20,000 nucleotides of DNA, taken from IMG/VR virus record IMGVR_UViG_3300033075_001165; one strand, written 5' to 3'. The notes beneath the pieces are model-generated. The model searched no databases. It was not told the origin of the DNA and saw only the letters and a list, made by a program, of their open reading frames with translations. Below, in pieces: positions 16,008-20,000 of this stretch. The translations under genes were made by a program, and so were the position numbers. How positions within the stretch are numbered: position 1 is the stretch's first letter; each line of letters starts with the position of its first letter. Source of the DNA: an uncultured virus (IMG/VR IMGVR_UViG_3300033075_001165). Its lineage: Duplodnaviria > Heunggongvirae > Uroviricota > Caudoviricetes.

Positions 16008-16937
16008 ACAAGCGGGTGAAGTGCTTCGATTAAGCGTTGTGCAAGTTTGACCATAATTATTTTTTTGCCATCCCACGTTGGTTTTTTCAAAACCATTTAG
16101 GAAAGAAAAAATATGTTCTACTATTCCAACAGTCCAACCATCACCAATTAAGTTACCTGCTTGTGCTTTATTTAAGTTCCGTGTATATCCTTCGGGTATA
16201 TTATGCAACCTTTCAAGTTCTGTTTGTGTGCAATATCGTACCCCTTTTGTTTCGTCCATTTTTTCATCCGTGTAAATTATAGTTGTCATTCCAGTTGTTG
16301 CGTATCGGTGCAACATATATCTTTGGTTTGCATCTCGGCCGCAACTTGTATTTAAACAAGTATGTTTTTTCTTGTCAGAATATCCGTATTCCAAAACATC
16401 GTTTAAGTATATTTTTTGGTCTTTAGGTTGTGGTATCGCACATTTTCTATTGCCAAATAAATCTCTATATTCGGGGCCTATATTAGTCCAAAACAATCTA
16501 TCTCTTAATGCTCCACTTACTCTACTTCCGCAAAGTCTTACAGGTTCGGTTCCTAATAAATCGGTTATTGTATTATATCCTAAATCGTCCATAATCACAT
16601 TTTCAAGTAAATAGTAAGTCGGTTTAGTTTCTTCCAGTAATCGAATGTATTCGTAAAATAACATTGATTTCATACCTTTTAACCCGTCTCTTACACTATT
16701 TGCCCTACTAAAGTCCTGGCACGGACTGCCGCCAATCAATAAATCAATTTTAGGCAAATCAATACCTTTTACTTTGGTTACATCTCCTATTTGTTTTGTG
16801 TTCGGGAAATTATCTAAAGTGCATTGTATTGCGTGTTTTTTAATCTCACTTGCAAAATAGTTTTCAATATTAAAACCTAAATTGTTAAGCGCAATTTGTC
16901 CGCAACTCATACCATCAAATAAACTTAATACGTTCAT
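16002..16937 (-). CDS. Cassette 4: C5-cytosine DNA methyltransferase
   Basis: LSLFDG (motif I), GGSPCQ (IV), ENV (VI), R.RLFW (VIII), GDGW (X); stop codon lies in the GTTA core. Confidence 0.92.
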   Translation of the reverse strand: MNVLSLFDGMSCGQIALNNLGFNIENYFASEIKKHAIQCTLDNFPNTKQIGDVTKVKGIDLPKIDLLIGGSPCQDFSRANSVRDGLKGMKSMLFYEYIRLLEETKPTYYLLENVIMDDLGYNTITDLLGTEPVRLCGSRVSGALRDRLFWTNIGPEYRDLFGNRKCAIPQPKDQKIYLNDVLEYGYSDKKKHTCLNTSCGRDANQRYMLHRYATTGMTTIIYTDEKMDETKGVRYCTQTELERLHNIPEGYTRNLNKAQAGNLIGDGWTVGIVEHIFSFLNGFEKTNVGWQKNNYGQTCTTLNRSTSPACC

Positions 16938-17025
16938 AAAATAATTTTTTAAAATCCCCCCCTCAAAAAAAATAATTATTACAGTTGTGTTTCAATTTAG
17001 CGGTCGGAGGTTAAAGTCCGCCAGT

Positions 17026-17124
17026 TGCTAACACGTTGTATATGTCAGTTTTGCCAATTGGCATTGTGCTTTAAATGAAAGTATGTGCGTGGCAAAACCG
17101 AACACATACAACTATTCGTTATAA
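17026..17124 (+). other. attC-like site 4 (99 bp)
   Basis: TGCTAAC-AC-GTTGTATATGTCAGTTTTGCCA / TGGCAAAACCGAACACATACAAC-TATTC-GTTATAA; left flank complements the cassette start at 13/15. Confidence 0.9.
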
Positions 17125-17367
17125 GCCATTTTGAAAATCGACCTCGTGAAATTCTTTGAAGTAATCTAAAAATTGTTTTCTCGCCCAATCGTGTTCACCT
17201 TTGCTCTCAATTTCTAAATCTTCTTTCAATAAGTCTATAACAAGTGCGTTGCCTCTAAATGACATTTTGATAATGTCACCTACTTCGCTATTTTCTACAG
17301 CATCACCGTAATCGTTTTCATTAAACCAATTTTTAGTTAGGTTATGATAATAAGTTGATTGTCCCAT
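17119..17367 (-). CDS. Cassette 5 small acidic hypothetical protein
   Basis: 82 aa; stop TAA lies in the GTTA core. Confidence 0.7.
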   Translation of the reverse strand: MGQSTYYHNLTKNWFNENDYGDAVENSEVGDIIKMSFRGNALVIDLLKEDLEIESKGEHDWARKQFLDYFKEFHEVDFQNGL

Positions 17368-17409
17368 TTTGATAGTTTAAATTGTTATGCCAAACACGAA
17401 TAAAACGGC

Positions 17410-17505
17410 TTATAACAGTGGTTTGGCAAAATACCGCCATAAGCATTTGTACTAAATTTCAACATTCTGCAAGGCGGTACTTCGCCAAGCCACCAAACGT
17501 TACCT
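17410..17505 (+). other. attC-like site 5 (96 bp)
   Basis: TTATAAC-A-GTGGTTTGGCAAAATACCGCC / GGCGGTACTTCGCCAAGCCAC-CAAAC-GTTACCT; left flank complements the cassette start at 14/15. Confidence 0.9.
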
Positions 17506-17584
17506 GCAAGTGCTACGATAGTGCTTCGTATCAAACTTTCGTGTTCAAAAATTTTAAATAAAAAGCCACCGCACTTTTGTTTTT

Positions 17585-18421
17585 TCAAAACAATTTGGTT
17601 TTTTGTTCTCGTTCCCATTCAAGTATTCGTTTTAATCCTTTATTGTAGTATTCTTTTTCTTTTTCCATTACAATATATTTTCTGTTAGTTTGTAAACAAG
17701 CTATTGCAGTTGTAAATACTCCAGCAGTATTATCAAGAACAATATCATTTTCATCGGTGTATGTTTTAATTAAATACTCAAATAGTTCAGTTGGCTTTTG
17801 TGTTGGGTGTATTGCTTTTGTGCCAATCACATTTGGGTATTCTAAAACATTGTGTGGAAATCCTGTAAACGCTTCGTATTCTACTCCAATTTGATTAGGT
17901 CTTGCACCCATCATTTCTCCGTGTGCCACAGCAGTTACTTTTTTGTTTCCAATACTAACTATTCCTTGTGGGTTATATCTCATTCTTTTTTCTCCAAGTT
18001 GTGATATATGTCCCATTGGTGCTTTGCTAAATACACAACATTCTTCAATAGCTGTCATTGGTCTATTTTTGCTATGTTGCCATCCATTCGGTTTGCTTTT
18101 CTTCCAATACCAACAATACTTAAATAGTTTAAAATTTGAGTTTATCAATACCGTTGTAAATGGCTGTGAAGCTGTCAGTATTATTACTCCGTTTGGCTTT
18201 ATTATCCTTTCGTATTGTTCCCAAAGTTTTTCAAATGGCAGTATCACATCCCATTTACAAGCAATAGTTCCATACGGCAAATCACAAAGTATCATATCAA
18301 TACTTTCATCTGCTATCAATGGCATCAATTCCAAACAATCTCCTAAGTGTTCACTACTTCGGTTAGTGCTTATGCTATACCATTCTTTTTCTTCGTCTGT
18401 ATCTAAATTAAAATTTCCCAC
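17585..18421 (-). CDS. Cassette 6: amino (m6A/m4C) DNA methyltransferase, beta class
   Basis: GDCLE, DLPY, HPTQKP, variant motif I DNTAGVFTT. Start uncertain: in-frame GTG at 18421, and the frame stays open to TTG at 18568. Confidence 0.88.
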   Translation of the reverse strand: MGNFNLDTDEEKEWYSISTNRSSEHLGDCLELMPLIADESIDMILCDLPYGTIACKWDVILPFEKLWEQYERIIKPNGVIILTASQPFTTVLINSNFKLFKYCWYWKKSKPNGWQHSKNRPMTAIEECCVFSKAPMGHISQLGEKRMRYNPQGIVSIGNKKVTAVAHGEMMGARPNQIGVEYEAFTGFPHNVLEYPNVIGTKAIHPTQKPTELFEYLIKTYTDENDIVLDNTAGVFTTAIACLQTNRKYIVMEKEKEYYNKGLKRILEWEREQKTKLF

Positions 18422-18488
18422 GCTTTTTTTATTTAAAATTTTTGTTTTGTTCTTCGTATCAAGTTTATCGTTAATAAACCGCACCAGC

Positions 18489-18564
18489 AGGTAACAAGGT
18501 ATATACGCAATTTTTCCACCGCTAAACCCAACGCACAACTGCGTATATACCCGAAACGTTAGTA
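18489..18564 (+). other. attC-like site 6 (76 bp)
   Basis: AGGTAAC-AA-GGTATATACGCA / TGCGTATATACC-CGAAAC-GTTAGTA (perfect 12-bp stem); left flank complements the cassette start at 13/15. Confidence 0.9.
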
Positions 18565-18568
18565 GCAA

Positions 18569-18832
18569 TTATTTTTTGCTACGTTCTGCACAAAATTTAC
18601 AGTTTCCTTTATGTGTCATCATTTGTGAGTAACCAACGCCTGATATTAAGTATTGGCAACTGTCAAATTCTATTATTGATATTTGATAGCCATTAACTTC
18701 TACTGCTGTTTTAAATATTTTTGAGCGTTCTTCGGCTCTATCTATTTCATCACAACCGCAAAAAATAACAGCTACTAACAGCACATAAGCAAGAGCAAAG
18801 CAATTGCGGTAATTTGAGATTTTTGTTTTCAT
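18569..18832 (-). CDS. Cassette 7: small putative lipoprotein
   Basis: FALAYVLLVAVIFCGC signal/lipobox-like; D.CQY...THKGNC..C motif. Confidence 0.75.
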   Translation of the reverse strand: MKTKISNYRNCFALAYVLLVAVIFCGCDEIDRAEERSKIFKTAVEVNGYQISIIEFDSCQYLISGVGYSQMMTHKGNCKFCAERSKK

Positions 18833-18904
18833 AATAATATTTAGTTTTAAGATTAAATTTTTGTTTTTAAGGCTTTGCCCTCGCTTATCTGCGATACGTT
18901 AACG
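18773..18904 (+). other. attC-like site 7 (132 bp)
   Basis: TACTAAC-A-GCACATAAGCAAGAGCAAAGC / GCTTTGCCCTCGCTTATCTGC-GATAC-GTTAACG; left flank complements the cassette start at 20/22. Confidence 0.92.
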
Positions 18905-18910
18905 GCAATT

Positions 18911-19255
18911 CTAATCTGCTCCCCACCGCTCGGATACATAATTCATTATATCTTTTAATTCGTCTGCTACAATGGTTGTCTGCCAGCTTCCATAAGTCAA
19001 CACCTCACAGCACCATTTTGAGGATTGCTTATCCCACCAACAATATCCGCAAAAGTTCCATCCACTATATTGTGCCGATAAATCTTTGCCCTTTATTTCT
19101 GTTGCTACTTTTTCATCTATGCAATGGTCAAAGTTGCTCATTACCGTTTCTCCGAAATCCTCAAAATGCTCAGGCAACCGCACATTAGAACTGCCGTTAA
19201 CAAGGGCTTTACTCAATGCCTCTGTTTCGTTTGTATTTGAAATTTTGTTTTCCAT
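18911..19255 (-). CDS. Cassette 8 hypothetical protein (Trp/acidic-rich)
   Basis: 114 aa; ATG inside attC8 after an A-rich tract. Confidence 0.75.
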   Translation of the reverse strand: MENKISNTNETEALSKALVNGSSNVRLPEHFEDFGETVMSNFDHCIDEKVATEIKGKDLSAQYSGWNFCGYCWWDKQSSKWCCEVLTYGSWQTTIVADELKDIMNYVSERWGAD

Positions 19256-19325
19256 TTTATGTTTTATTTTAAGTTGATAATTTCGTTTTCAAAGTCGGCA
19301 CTAAATAAAGCCCCAACCGTTAAAC
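19195..19325 (+). other. attC-like site 8 (131 bp)
   Basis: CGTTAAC-AA-GGGCTTTACTCAATGCC / GGCACTAAATAAAGCCC-CAACC-GTTAAAC; left flank complements the cassette start at 17/18. Confidence 0.92.
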
Positions 19326-19601
19326 CTCCCAATATCCTTTAAAAAAATCATTAATTTTTGTGTAAGGAATAACATCCTCAGCGTCTTTATAGATAGCTTG
19401 TATGTCTAATATAGCTCTGTTTTTGTTGTTAGACCAGCAGTCTTCACAAATGTCATACATACCTTCAAAAGATATTTTGTTCGGCATGGGGCGATTACAG
19501 CAGTTACAATCTGAGTGTATGCCAGCCTCTATTGCTCTGCTTACAAAGGCTTCCACTTCATCTGTATCGCGGAATATGGGGTTATTTATCGGGCGGTTCA
19601 T
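19320..19601 (-). CDS. Hypothetical Zn-finger-like protein (resident gene, no attC seen)
   Basis: CNCC...CEDC; its stop TAA forms the GTTA of attC8. Confidence 0.65.
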   Translation of the reverse strand: MNRPINNPIFRDTDEVEAFVSRAIEAGIHSDCNCCNRPMPNKISFEGMYDICEDCWSNNKNRAILDIQAIYKDAEDVIPYTKINDFFKGYWEV

Positions 19602-19622
19602 AATTATCGGTTTTAATTGTTA

Positions 19623-19649
19623 TACGAGGGTGTTTGCAAAAAGGTTACA
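19623..19649 (-). promoter_or_regulatory. Putative ECF-sigma-type promoter pointing toward array 2
   Basis: Minus strand TGTAAC-N17-CGTA; shares TGTAACCTTTTT with 4144-4169. Confidence 0.5.
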
Positions 19650-19896
19650 AAAATCTGTAATTAATTTTTTCAAGAATTAATAATTTATCAGCGTAAGTAA
19701 AATTATTCCATATTTTATTCACTTCGCTTATTGTTGGCTTAGGCTGTAAATTTTTAACCAACTTTCTATAATTCATTCTGCCGTTTTTTGTTAGTTTACC
19801 ATCTTCAATCCACCCTAAAATTTTTGTCACTGCTTCTGAGGGGTTGTTTCCATCAAACCAATATTCTTTTACAAATTTTTTCGCTGGTGAGTTCAT
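19645..19896 (-). CDS. Hypothetical protein
   Basis: 83 aa ORF co-oriented with the operon. Confidence 0.6.
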   Translation of the reverse strand: MNSPAKKFVKEYWFDGNNPSEAVTKILGWIEDGKLTKNGRMNYRKLVKNLQPKPTISEVNKIWNNFTYADKLLILEKINYRFL

Positions 19897-20000
19897 GTTT
19901 AATGCCCTAAATAAATCAAAGACGCTCTAAAATCATTAGCTCCTTCAAATTTATTGCGGGTGGCTAAGAACGTTTGTTTATCAATAGTATGGTCATCTTT

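Larger units (their letters stand above)
15539..19319 (+). mobile_element. Cassette array 2: cassettes 3 (15539-16001), 4 (16002-17118), 5 (17119-17499), 6 (17500-18558), 7 (18559-18898), 8 (18899-19319)
   Basis: Six contiguous one-ORF units, each closed by an attC-like palindrome complementary to its own start. Confidence 0.9.

Noticed and set aside
9416..17574. Minus-strand GTGCG at scaffold junctions as group II intron 5' ends
   Set aside because: No intron domains or reverse transcriptase are visible, and cassette 4 reads GTGGG; five bases are insufficient evidence.
9921..18421. Methyltransferases as parts of restriction-modification systems
   Set aside because: Each sits alone in its own cassette, and no adjacent ORF resembles a restriction endonuclease.
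9835..19325. Palindromes as rho-independent terminators, REP elements or MITEs
   Set aside because: No U-tracts or target duplications. Arms differ in sequence between sites, and each left box matches the start of its own upstream unit, which only cassette integration explains well.

Overview
AT-rich tailed-phage (or prophage) segment, probably of a Bacteroidetes host, inferred from TAnnTTTG promoter elements and A-rich translation starts. 1-2482 (+) is the end of a probable virion module with a free-standing GIY-YIG endonuclease. 2805-20000 (-) is a DNA replication/recombination region: HNH/NinG-like, GroES, RusA-like, NinB-like, SSB-like, HU-like, DnaB, HNH-AP2, initiator-like and SF2 helicase genes. 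The main finding is an integron-like gene-cassette system embedded in it. A tyrosine recombinase lacking the IntI-specific insertion (8441-9337, -) is followed by an attI-like site (GTT at 9382) and 2 cassettes. A second, near-identical copy of the attI region (94 bp, GTT at 15538) is followed by 6 more cassettes. Each of the 8 cassettes ends in an attC-like imperfect palindrome (TAACA...CGTTA, 76-132 bp) whose left box is the reverse complement of that cassette's own start. Unlike most classical integron cassettes, every ORF is antisense to the attI-to-attC direction and co-oriented with the phage operon. Several ORFs start inside their attC, and three encode DNA methyltransferases. No searches were run; family calls come from motif recognition.
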